A stretch of DNA of 32,000 nt from Bacillus subtilis subsp. subtilis str. 168 (GTDB lineage Bacteria > Bacillota > Bacilli > Bacillales > Bacillaceae). Positions 1-7,679 of this stretch are shown here, one piece after another. How positions within the stretch are numbered: position 1 is the stretch's first letter; every line of letters starts with the position of its first letter. The notes under the pieces were generated by a model. The model had not been told where the DNA came from. It ran no database searches and saw only the letters and a program-made list of their open reading frames with translations. Location: the NCBI RefSeq assembly GCF_000009045.1, contig NC_000964.3, forward strand, positions 1,050,001-1,082,000. The letters are read 5' to 3'. The translations under genes and the position numbers were made by a program.

Positions 1-30
1 CCGCGCCCTCTATAGCCATATATTGAATTG

Positions 31-234
31 TTATTGAACTCTGCCGCCCATTTGCTGCTGAGCGAAAGATACTAAACGTTTTGTGATTTCTCCTCCGACA
101 GAACCGTTAGCGCGAGAAGTTGTGTCCGCTCCAAGGTTAACGCCGAATTCAGAAGCGATTTCAAGTTTCATTTGATCGATAGCCTGAGCTGCGCCAGGAA
201 CTAGTAAGTCATTTGAAGAGTTTTGGTTAGCCAT
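31..234 (-). CDS. sspB: Small acid-soluble spore protein, alpha/beta type (SASP beta), 67 aa
   Basis: ORF-track frame 31..333 trimmed to the internal ATG at 234, which has AAAGGAG 9 nt upstream. The product [35 protein letters not shown]...GGEITKRLV carries the classic alpha/beta SASP motifs. Confidence 0.95.
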   Translation of the reverse strand: MANQNSSNDLLVPGAAQAIDQMKLEIASEFGVNLGADTTSRANGSVGGEITKRLVSFAQQQMGGRVQ

Positions 235-255
235 GTGTAAAATCTCCTTTTTATT

Positions 256-262
256 TAGTATG
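256..262 (-). promoter_or_regulatory. Forespore-type (sigma-G-like) -10 element CATACTA upstream of sspB
   Basis: The minus strand reads ...aacCATACTAaataaaaaggag, matching the CATnnTA -10 of sigma-G/F ssp promoters. I could not identify a clean -35 element. Confidence 0.35.
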
Positions 263-411
263 GTTGGGTTAACTGGAGTTGCACCAATCTGTGAACCCTT
301 CTCGGGTGTCACTGCCGCCTCGGCGTAACCCAATGCTTTGCCGGCTTGTTACTACGTATTATGTTAAAATGGCCGGAAAATCATGCGGAGAATTGTGTGG
401 TAAATCTTGAG

Positions 412-444
412 AAATAAAAAAAGCTTAGCCGTTTAGGCTAAGCT
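412..444 (-). terminator. Rho-independent terminator downstream of yheE
   Basis: A 9-bp stem AGCTTAGCC/GGCTAAGCT (422-430 / 436-444) with a 5-nt loop is followed on the minus strand by TTTTTTTATTTC. It overlaps the yheE stop codon. Confidence 0.8.
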
Positions 445-652
445 AGTCATAAATATGAAAAAGCATCAGTTCATGTATCTCGTTTGTAAGAGCAGGCTCG
501 TCAGCGCGGGCGGGAAACAAGTCTCCCCATTCAATCTCACCGCTCTTATGATAGATGCCTTCATAATGGGTCCCTTTATAATAAAATGAAATTTTCCATC
601 CGGGCAGCTTTTCTTTTGGGAACAAAGGTTTCCAGCTGAAATGAGAAATCAT
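443..652 (-). CDS. yheE: Small conserved protein YheE, about 69 aa; start uncertain
   Basis: ORF-track frame 443..712. The ATG at 652 has AAGGAG 10 nt upstream. The GTG at 661 (72 aa) and the ATG at 712 (89 aa) lack well-spaced SDs. The position next to yheD matches the B. subtilis order. Confidence 0.7.
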   Translation of the reverse strand: MISHFSWKPLFPKEKLPGWKISFYYKGTHYEGIYHKSGEIEWGDLFPARADEPALTNEIHELMLFHIYD

Positions 653-810
653 TACGGCCACGCTCCTTACATTTGGTATCAATTGACCTAAATAAAAACG
701 GCTTATGTTCATTGTATCATTGTTTCAGAACATCATTGAAGAGGCCTAAATATGCAGTTTGTCCCAGCTTTGGATAAAGATAAGCCCGCTTTATTAAAAA
801 AGCGGACAGG

Positions 811-2172
811 TTACGAAGGCCACAATGCTTCCGGAGATGTGATTGCCTTCTCAGATAAATATGACGCGTATTCAAAACTTCTTCGTTTTGTAAGAGAATC
901 AACATGATGCAAATTTGGATGAGAAAAAATGCTTCGGCCCGGGCGCGAATTCGCTTCAAACATCCATACTTTACCGTTCTGATCAATGCCAAAATCGAAA
1001 CCAATCTCCCCGATAAATCCCTCGATATGATCATGAAGGACATGGCTTGCAGTCAGTGCCGCTGCAGAAAGCTTTTTAATGACCTCAACTCTTTCAGCGG
1101 GATCATCGTATACTTCCGCAAGTGTCTTTACAGTGCCGCCGTTAGAAAGATGTGTTGTAATGCTGTTCTTTCCGGAAATTTTTACGGCGATTGCTGTCAC
1201 TGTCCATTTTCCTTTTCTGTTTTTATTGGTATGGACACGGAAATCCGCTGGTTTGCCTTGAAATTCGATGAGATCAACACCTTGCTGAATGAGAAAGTCG
1301 GACGGGTTGTGATGTTTTTGAAATTCTGCAAGGAATGAGGCGGCATCGGAATAATCAATTGATGTAAAAGTTTTGGCGTCATTCGTATGCTTTACCGTCA
1401 GGCCGCCATCTGTTCTTGTCAGCTGATAAATGCCGGTGCCGAGTGCTCCATTTGCCGGTTTGATATAGACTTTTTTGTATGCGCCACAGAGCTCATCTAT
1501 CAGCTCCACAGACGGTGTCAGCTCGGATCTAGGCAAAAAGGGTGCCGTTCTTGGATCTTTTTCGAGCAATTGATGAACGTTCCATTTATTGAAAAACGTT
1601 TTATTAAACCATGGGATCTGATATTCATCGATCAGCCTCTTTTTTGTATGTTGCAAGAGAAGTGAATCTTCAATTTTTCGGTTCGGCAAACGGTCATAAA
1701 CGACGTTCGGCAATGGAACGATTTTTTTCTCCCAGCCGTTTTCCCTGTAAAGGAGGCCTTCAATCGTGCCTTCCTCCCAATTGATTTGGTGCGCGCCAAA
1801 AACGAAGCAGTAGCCCCCGGCTTGCTCGTGTAACGTGACAAGTTTAGAAAAAAAGAGGGAACGATCCTTAAATGGGCGTTCAAGAGATACAGTAAACCCT
1901 GCCGTAAAGATGCCGACTAACGGCCCGATATGCACTGTATGATCATGAATCAGTATATCTGCCCTGCTTCGGTGGGGAAGCAAAAGCTCATGAAACAGAT
2001 TTTCAGAGAGAAGCACGGTTTGTTCCAGATGCCGTCTGTAAGCAACGTGGCATCTGACAACCTTCGTTCCGAATGCGGCATGCAAAAGTCCGTCTTGCTT
2101 CAGCGAAGAGGGCAGAAACAGGGTGTTTTCACTGGTTTTGTCTATGCCGATCAAAAACCGTTTAGGATTCAC
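811..2172 (-). CDS. yheD: Endospore coat-associated ATP-grasp family protein YheD, 453 aa
   Basis: GTG start with AAAGGAG 9 nt upstream. The C-terminal half has ATP-grasp-like blocks (YIKPANGALGTGIY, DFRVHTNKN, GEIGFDFGIDQNGKVWMFEANSRPG). It overlaps the 3' end of yheC by 11 nt and is a paralog of YheC. Confidence 0.9.
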   Translation of the reverse strand: MNPKRFLIGIDKTSENTLFLPSSLKQDGLLHAAFGTKVVRCHVAYRRHLEQTVLLSENLFHELLLPHRSRADILIHDHTVHIGPLVGIFTAGFTVSLERPFKDRSLFFSKLVTLHEQAGGYCFVFGAHQINWEEGTIEGLLYRENGWEKKIVPLPNVVYDRLPNRKIEDSLLLQHTKKRLIDEYQIPWFNKTFFNKWNVHQLLEKDPRTAPFLPRSELTPSVELIDELCGAYKKVYIKPANGALGTGIYQLTRTDGGLTVKHTNDAKTFTSIDYSDAASFLAEFQKHHNPSDFLIQQGVDLIEFQGKPADFRVHTNKNRKGKWTVTAIAVKISGKNSITTHLSNGGTVKTLAEVYDDPAERVEVIKKLSAAALTASHVLHDHIEGFIGEIGFDFGIDQNGKVWMFEANSRPGRSIFSHPNLHHVDSLTKRRSFEYASYLSEKAITSPEALWPS

Positions 2173-3253
2173 GCGGAAGAACTCCTTTCTGGCTTTGCTC
2201 AGAAAACAGATATTGGCAGCGTTTTAGGGGACAAGTGTACAGCTGTTCTTTTTGCTCGGGAGAGACACGCAGGATTGACTTCCTGCCTGGTTTGGAATTG
2301 ATATCTAAAATCCAAATTCTCCCGTCCTTTGCAAGACATATATCAAGACCGAGTTCAAACAACGGCCCATAGCGCTCGTCAAGATAATACGGAACCGATT
2401 GGGTAATTGAAAACACATCATCTAGTAAAACCACTTGCTGTTTTTTCGGTATATCTTCAAACCAGGAGTCAAATGTCAGCGCATCAGATCCGCCTGACAA
2501 ATTGGCCAGCAGCCCGTGTTTGTATCCGCGTCTTACTGCCTTTCCGACTGTATTCCATTCACCTGCTTCGTTTTTTTCCATAAACAGACGAATATCACAA
2601 GGGTATTGTTCCTTATCTTGAATGTTTAAGTAAGGCTGAAGCAAATATTGATGCTGAAGCACTTTTTTGCACCATGTTTTAAAAGAAGTCTGGTTGGAAA
2701 ACGTTTTTGTCTGCTTATCCTTTCCGATGTGATAAGTAGCAGTGATGTTTTTCTTGCCCAGCTTCAAAAGAATCACGCCTCTGCCTCCCGCGCCGAATGC
2801 CGGTTTAAGGATGCAGGCTTTTTCTTTGGATAAAAAGGAGTGAATTTGTTCGTAGCGGCTCACCTTTATCGTTTCGGGAATATAGGGATTGATTACAGAG
2901 TGCTGCTGCAAATCGTGAAGGACGGTCCACTTATCGGGAAGACCCCGCCCGATAAATTCCGTTTTCGGATATTTTTTGAGCCACTCAACGATTGGTTTTG
3001 CTTTTTGGGAATGTGAATCCTTGCCGTAAAAACAGCGATCATAAATATAATCTGGAATCGCCATTTCAGTTTCGTTCCATGTGCTGCTGGCCGAATGATA
3101 GACCGATGCTTTGACACGCAAAGTGTCAGGTGAAATATCAAATGGTGTAAACCGGATGAAACGTATGCCGAATTCGGGTGCTCTTTTGGCCAGTTCTGCG
3201 GAATAATCCGCTTCATGCTGGCGGGATAAGGACATAAAACCGAGTGTTATCAT
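2162..3253 (-). CDS. yheC: Endospore coat-associated ATP-grasp family protein YheC, 363 aa
   Basis: ORF-track frame 2162..3277 trimmed to the ATG at 3253, which follows AAAGGGGGAG. It shows ATP-grasp-like blocks (ILKPAFGAGGRGVILL, DIRLFMEKN, ELGLDICLAKDGRIWILDINSKPG) collinear with YheD. Confidence 0.9.
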   Translation of the reverse strand: MITLGFMSLSRQHEADYSAELAKRAPEFGIRFIRFTPFDISPDTLRVKASVYHSASSTWNETEMAIPDYIYDRCFYGKDSHSQKAKPIVEWLKKYPKTEFIGRGLPDKWTVLHDLQQHSVINPYIPETIKVSRYEQIHSFLSKEKACILKPAFGAGGRGVILLKLGKKNITATYHIGKDKQTKTFSNQTSFKTWCKKVLQHQYLLQPYLNIQDKEQYPCDIRLFMEKNEAGEWNTVGKAVRRGYKHGLLANLSGGSDALTFDSWFEDIPKKQQVVLLDDVFSITQSVPYYLDERYGPLFELGLDICLAKDGRIWILDINSKPGRKSILRVSPEQKEQLYTCPLKRCQYLFSEQSQKGVLPRES

Positions 3254-3427
3254 GGTGAGACTCCCCCTTTTATTCAAAAGCTGCCGGCGGGTGTCCGCAG
3301 CTTTACACTAAATACATGTAAGACGAACGCAGCTGACGGTATTCTACTTTACAGAATACGATTCTCCACCTTGCCCTATTCCAAAAGAACAAGCTGATTT
3401 TCTAAGAACAGGAATTTGTCTCCTCGT

Positions 3428-3457
3428 TTGCTAAGTGATTGCATGAGCCTCTATAAT
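3428..3457 (+). promoter_or_regulatory. Putative sigma-A promoter for yheB (TTGCTA, 18-nt spacer, TATAAT)
   Basis: TTGCTA at 3428-3433 and a perfect TATAAT at 3452-3457, about 60 nt upstream of the yheB ATG. Confidence 0.5.
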
Positions 3458-3519
3458 ACGTATAGGTACATAATCTATATGAAAAAAGCTGAAGCACAGA
3501 TGGAGGAAGATGAATAGGA

Positions 3520-4653
3520 ATGGGTATTGCAGGAACCTTTATTTTTATGATCGTGATCGGCGCTGCCATTGGAGCGGTGACCAATCATTTAGCAATTCAA
3601 ATGCTGTTTAGGCCGTATAAAGCGTACTATTTGTTTGGGAAACGAGTTCCTTTTACGCCCGGGCTGATTCCAAGACGGCGAGATGAACTTGCAAAACAAA
3701 TGGGACTGATGGTAGTCAATCATCTCTTAACCCCTGAAGGCATTAAAAAGCGGCTCGTCTCTGATGCAGCCAAAACGCAGGCTCTTCGAGTGGGGGAACA
3801 GCTGATTCAAAAGCTGTCACTTTCTGAAGTGACAGTAAAAGAAGCGCTTGAAAAAGCCGGGATGAAGCGCCCCGAAAAAGCTGCTGATGCATGGATCAGC
3901 AGCTGGACCGATGATAAGCTGCATGAGCTTTTCCGCCAATACGGGGACCAATCGTTAAAAGAGCTGGTGCCTATAGAGGTGCAGGAAAAGCTTGAGGAAA
4001 AAATTCCGATGATTTCAGGATATATATTGTCACGGAGTGTCCGTTATTTTGAAAGTGATGAAGGAAAAATCCGTCTTGGCAATATGATTGATGACTTTTT
4101 AAAAGAGCGCGGCATGCTTGGAAGCATGGTGCAATTGTTTCTTGGCAATTCAAGCCTTGCGGATCGCGTGCTGCCGGAGCTGCTGAAATTCTTGCGCAAT
4201 GAGGAAACAAATAAATTGCTTTCTGATCTCTTAAAAAACGAATGGGGCAAGCTGAGGGAGTATACGTTTAATGAAGCAGATGAAAAATGGAATGCAAAGG
4301 CGCTCATTTTCAGTTTGAAACGAAGAGTGCTGCAAGCATTTTCGACTGCCCCTTTCTTCAACAATACGATTGGCACGCTTACCGTCCGCTATGAATCTGA
4401 GCTGACCCAGCAAATGCTGCCGGCACTATTAGACAAATTGCTTGAAGGTATTTCGTCCAACCTTGAAAGTGTCTTAAAACGGTTGCGTCTTGAGGAAATC
4501 GTCAAGGAGCAGGTGGATCAGTTCCCGGTGGAGCGTCTTGAAGAAATGGTGCTGTCCATTTCAAAAAAAGAATTTAAAATGATTACCTATTTGGGGGGCC
4601 TTCTCGGCGGAATTATAGGCGCGATTCAAGCATTGTTTGTCATCCTTTTTTAA
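3520..4653 (+). CDS. yheB: Membrane-anchored DUF445-type protein YheB, 377 aa
   Basis: ATG preceded by GGAGGAAG. There are hydrophobic N-terminal (GTFIFMIVIGAAIGAV) and C-terminal (YLGGLLGGIIGAIQALFVILF) segments. The length and neighbours match yheB. Confidence 0.9.
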   Translation: MGIAGTFIFMIVIGAAIGAVTNHLAIQMLFRPYKAYYLFGKRVPFTPGLIPRRRDELAKQMGLMVVNHLLTPEGIKKRLVSDAAKTQALRVGEQLIQKLSLSEVTVKEALEKAGMKRPEKAADAWISSWTDDKLHELFRQYGDQSLKELVPIEVQEKLEEKIPMISGYILSRSVRYFESDEGKIRLGNMIDDFLKERGMLGSMVQLFLGNSSLADRVLPELLKFLRNEETNKLLSDLLKNEWGKLREYTFNEADEKWNAKALIFSLKRRVLQAFSTAPFFNNTIGTLTVRYESELTQQMLPALLDKLLEGISSNLESVLKRLRLEEIVKEQVDQFPVERLEEMVLSISKKEFKMITYLGGLLGGIIGAIQALFVILF

Positions 4654-4745
4654 GAAGAAATGGTTTTTGATTAATGAAAGGAGCTCCATAGTCTGTTATA
4701 GTGGAGTGGTATGTCAAACGGCAATGATGAAAGGAGCTATTTACA

Positions 4746-5099
4746 ATGGCTGTTAATTTTTATGATGTAGCGTATGATCTGGAAAATGCATTACGCGGGA
4801 GCGAAGAATTCACCCGTTTAAAAAACCTTTACGACGAAGTTAACGCAGATGAATCAGCGAAGCGCATGTTCGAAAACTTCCGTGATGTACAGCTTAGACT
4901 CCAGCAAAAACAAATGGCAGGAGAAGAGATTACACAAGAAGAAGTGACGCAGGCTCAAAAAACAGTTGCGCTTGTACAGCAGCACGAAAAAATTTCTCAG
5001 CTGATGGAAGCGGAGCAGCGCATGAGCATGCTGATTGGTGAATTGAACAAAATCATTATGAAGCCTTTAGAAGAGCTTTACGGCAGTGTTGAAGGCTAA
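4746..5099 (+). CDS. yheA: UPF0342 / YlbF-YmcA-like small helical protein YheA, 117 aa
   Basis: ATG preceded by AAAGGAGC with 8-nt spacing. The protein is acidic and helical. A strong terminator follows. Confidence 0.9.
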   Translation: MAVNFYDVAYDLENALRGSEEFTRLKNLYDEVNADESAKRMFENFRDVQLRLQQKQMAGEEITQEEVTQAQKTVALVQQHEKISQLMEAEQRMSMLIGELNKIIMKPLEELYGSVEG

Positions 5100-5104
5100 T
5101 AAGC

Positions 5105-5137
5105 AAAATCCCTTCTTGGATAAGAAGGGATTTTTTA
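5105..5137. terminator. Bidirectional rho-independent terminator between convergent yheA and yhaZ
   Basis: A 12-bp stem AAATCCCTTCTT/AAGAAGGGATTT with loop GGAT is flanked by an A-run upstream and a T-run downstream. Confidence 0.9.
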
Positions 5138-5142
5138 TTCAC

Positions 5143-6216
5143 TCAGCAAACTTGGAAATCCAATGAATCTTTTACCTCTCCATTGATGATGACTGATAAT
5201 GTATGAATTCCTTTGTAATGCTTTCTGGTGGTTAAATCCTTAAAGGATTGGATTCTTGTGTATGACTTCGTTTCGTTTTTTCGTATATTTGTTTCTGTTA
5301 TTTTAAATACTTTCTGATGACGCTGGCCTCTTGCTTTTACAAAATCAATTGCGTACTCAATTCTTACTTTTTGATCCCTGTCTGAATGAATATAGAAAGA
5401 AAATTCAAGGCTTTCGCCAATAACTATACGTTTGGGCTGGCATGTTAAATCATGTAGTTGTATCGAATCAGCATTTTCATAACCAAAAAGCGCTAAGGCC
5501 TGTTTATCACCCTTTTTTAATAAGGTCCGATAGGCGTGTTTGATAATCCAGTCTGTATGGGGATGTGTTCCGTACCATTGATCTGCGACTTTTCTCAGTA
5601 AATGAGGATGCGTTTTTGATATATCATTAAGGTTGTTGGCCACGCTTTTTCTTACATATAAAGACTCGTCCTGCATCAGCTTCTCAAGGATCGGCAATAC
5701 GGGGGAAGGGTCCGATTTCAAAGCCGGTATCGATTTTCCCCATGGCAGGCGGGGCCTGCTGCCTTCGCTCGCAAGTCTTCTCACGTGTTCATTTTTATGC
5801 TCAGACCATGCAAGCAATTGTGCAATCATCTTTTCTTGATCTAACAGCAAAAAAGGCCTTACAGCAAATTCTGAGGTCGAATATTGCGTAAAGGATTCCA
5901 ATGCCTTTATTGATTCTTCCCAATGCGCTAACCCGTACTGTTCCACATAATCTGGAAATAAAATTCCGCTGAGTCCTTTAAAATGAGGGGCTGTATCCCG
6001 TAAAATTGTGAGCGCTTCAACGTATTGTTTTGGCAAAGTTTCGTATAAAGAAACTGTCACGCGGCGCATCCGCTCTTTTAAAGTGAGTTCAGGCCAGTCC
6101 TCCAGCCGTAATGTATCCAAGAATCTGTTTTTGTTAAAATCAGGATAGGATGACCTTACATGATGGATCAACTGAGATATCAGTTCTTCATTATATATTT
6201 CTTTTAAATCAGCCAT
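5143..6216 (-). CDS. yhaZ: DNA alkylation-repair-like (HEAT-repeat) protein YhaZ, 357 aa
   Basis: Full-length ORF. The size and position match yhaZ. A LexA-type box lies in its promoter region. Confidence 0.9.
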   Translation of the reverse strand: MADLKEIYNEELISQLIHHVRSSYPDFNKNRFLDTLRLEDWPELTLKERMRRVTVSLYETLPKQYVEALTILRDTAPHFKGLSGILFPDYVEQYGLAHWEESIKALESFTQYSTSEFAVRPFLLLDQEKMIAQLLAWSEHKNEHVRRLASEGSRPRLPWGKSIPALKSDPSPVLPILEKLMQDESLYVRKSVANNLNDISKTHPHLLRKVADQWYGTHPHTDWIIKHAYRTLLKKGDKQALALFGYENADSIQLHDLTCQPKRIVIGESLEFSFYIHSDRDQKVRIEYAIDFVKARGQRHQKVFKITETNIRKNETKSYTRIQSFKDLTTRKHYKGIHTLSVIINGEVKDSLDFQVC

Positions 6217-6254
6217 ATAAACACCGCTTTTTCGTTTATTATTTATATTGTATG

Positions 6255-6268
6255 GGAATGTACGTTCT
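6255..6268. promoter_or_regulatory. LexA (Cheo) box upstream of yhaZ
   Basis: GGAATGTACGTTCT, or AGAACGTACATTCC on the yhaZ strand. It has one mismatch to GAAC-N4-GTTC and lies about 40 nt upstream of the yhaZ start. yhaZ is a reported B. subtilis SOS gene. Confidence 0.65.
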
Positions 6269-6354
6269 GGATCAAGTGTATAGTCCTAAAAATTAACAAC
6301 TGATCCTACCACGGATATACAAAAGTTGGTTACTTTTTTTAGTTAAAAAAACCC

Positions 6355-6383
6355 TTGTCATCGGAAAGGAAAACTGAGATAAT
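6355..6383 (+). promoter_or_regulatory. Orphan sigma-A-type promoter (TTGTCA, 17-nt spacer, TGaGATAAT) in the yhaZ-yhaX gap
   Basis: TTGTCA at 6355-6360 and an extended -10 TGAGATAAT at 6375-6383, preceded by an A/T tract. No annotated ORF follows. Confidence 0.5.
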
Positions 6384-6592
6384 AACATTGAAAGCGCCTA
6401 CACTTACCTATTTCAAATGGATACGGTCGCATATCATGCCGTTATATAGAGGGGATAAGCAACAGAGAGTAAGTGTTCGGAGCGCATCATTGGTCAAACA
6501 AGGGGTTCCTGATACATGATTTTTCGTAAATCGAAATAACGATATTAGGGAGAATGGCTGCTTCGATCGTATCCTATCAACAAGCCATACAT

Positions 6593-6618
6593 AAAGTCTG
6601 CTGAGCCAGGCTTTTTTT
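6593..6618 (+). terminator. Plus-strand intrinsic terminator about 85 nt upstream of yhaX
   Basis: Stem AAAGTCTG/CAGGCTTT (8 bp, one G-U) with loop CTGAGC, followed by a run of seven T. The reverse strand has no U-tract. Confidence 0.6.
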
Positions 6619-6701
6619 GCTTTAAGAAAAGGTTGTTCTAAACACAGAGACAGGGTCATATCCTATACACAAGTACAGTCATCAAGGAGGGGGACATCTC
6701 T

Positions 6702-7568
6702 GTGTCAAAACAATTGCTTGCCTTAAATATAGATGGAGCGCTGCTTCGGTCGAACGGGAAGATTCATCAGGCAACGAAAGACGCGATTGAATATGTAAAG
6801 AAAAAAGGGATTTACGTCACACTTGTGACCAACCGTCATTTTCGCTCAGCACAGAAAATAGCGAAATCGCTAAAGCTTGATGCCAAGCTGATCACCCATA
6901 GCGGGGCATATATCGCTGAGAAAATTGACGCCCCGTTTTTTGAAAAAAGAATTTCTGATGATCATACCTTTAACATTGTTCAAGTGCTGGAGAGCTATCA
7001 ATGCAATATTCGGCTTCTTCACGAAAAGTATTCCATCGGAAACAAGAAAAAGGTGAATTCGAATTTATTAGGGAAAGCACTCATTCATCCGTCTGACCCG
7101 ATCTTTTATCCAGTCCAGTTCGTTGAATCATTAAGCGATCTCCTCATGGATGAGCCGGTGAGTGCACCCGTCATCGAGGTGTACACGGAGCACGACATTC
7201 AGCATGACATTACAGAAACGATTACAAAAGCCTTCCCTGCGGTGGACGTGATTCGCGTAAACGATGAGAAACTGAATATCGTCCCGAAGGGTGTCTCGAA
7301 GGAAGCGGGTTTGGCCCTCGTCGCTTCAGAGCTGGGCCTGAGTATGGATGATGTCGTGGCCATTGGGCATCAGTATGACGATCTGCCGATGATCGAACTT
7401 GCCGGTCTTGGGGTAGCGATGGGGAATGCCGTTCCGGAAATTAAGAGAAAGGCAGATTGGGTTACAAGGTCCAATGACGAGCAAGGTGTCGCTTATATGA
7501 TGAAGGAATATTTCCGAATGCAGCAGCGAAAAGGATTTCTTGATAAGTTCCACATGAAACGTGTGTAA
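6702..7568 (+). CDS. yhaX: Cof-type HAD-superfamily protein YhaX, 288 aa, with degenerate catalytic motifs
   Basis: GTG start with AAGGAGGGGG 8 nt upstream. It has the Cof/HAD-IIB architecture. Motif I reads LNIDGAL rather than DxDGT, and motif IV reads GHQYDDLPM rather than GDxxNDxxM. Confidence 0.9.
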   Translation: MSKQLLALNIDGALLRSNGKIHQATKDAIEYVKKKGIYVTLVTNRHFRSAQKIAKSLKLDAKLITHSGAYIAEKIDAPFFEKRISDDHTFNIVQVLESYQCNIRLLHEKYSIGNKKKVNSNLLGKALIHPSDPIFYPVQFVESLSDLLMDEPVSAPVIEVYTEHDIQHDITETITKAFPAVDVIRVNDEKLNIVPKGVSKEAGLALVASELGLSMDDVVAIGHQYDDLPMIELAGLGVAMGNAVPEIKRKADWVTRSNDEQGVAYMMKEYFRMQQRKGFLDKFHMKRV

Positions 7569-7569
7569 A

Positions 7570-7607
7570 AAAGCCGCTCGCGCCCTGACAGGTGCGGCGG
7601 CTTTTTT
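7570..7607 (+). terminator. Rho-independent terminator after yhaX
   Basis: AGCCGC(T)CGC ... GCGGCGGCT stem followed by TTTTTT. Confidence 0.8.
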
Positions 7608-7613
7608 GCCGGA

Positions 7614-7642
7614 TTGATTTTAGCAGTTTATTTCTGTACACT
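7614..7642 (+). promoter_or_regulatory. Putative sigma-A promoter of hemZ (TTGATT, 17-nt spacer, TACACT)
   Basis: The hexamers lie at 7614-7619 and 7637-7642, about 40 nt upstream of the hemZ start. Confidence 0.45.
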
Positions 7643-7679
7643 AAAGAAAGTTTTGAATCTGATAAATTAGGTGATGAAG

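Noticed and set aside
717-2301. Several 60-144-aa ORFs on either strand overlapping yheD (717-1043, 904-1338, 1079-1261, 1387-1665, 1632-1883, 1930-2301).
   Set aside because: All lie within or antisense to the well-supported yheD frame. They lack SDs and have Cys/Arg-rich odd composition.
3277-3365. Short inverted repeats in the yheC-yheB divergent region (AAAGCTGC/GCAGCTTT at 3277-3304; GTATTCT/AGAATAC at 3339-3359, with a further ATTCT at 3361-3365).
   Set aside because: The stems are only 7-8 bp and there is no U-tract. They could be operators or 5'-UTR hairpins, but the sequence alone does not support a specific call.
6408-6659. 83-aa minus-strand ORF in the yhaZ-yhaX gap.
   Set aside because: It has no SD and a Cys/Leu/Arg-rich composition. 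It runs antisense through the plus-strand terminator hairpin. The region is better explained as non-coding.
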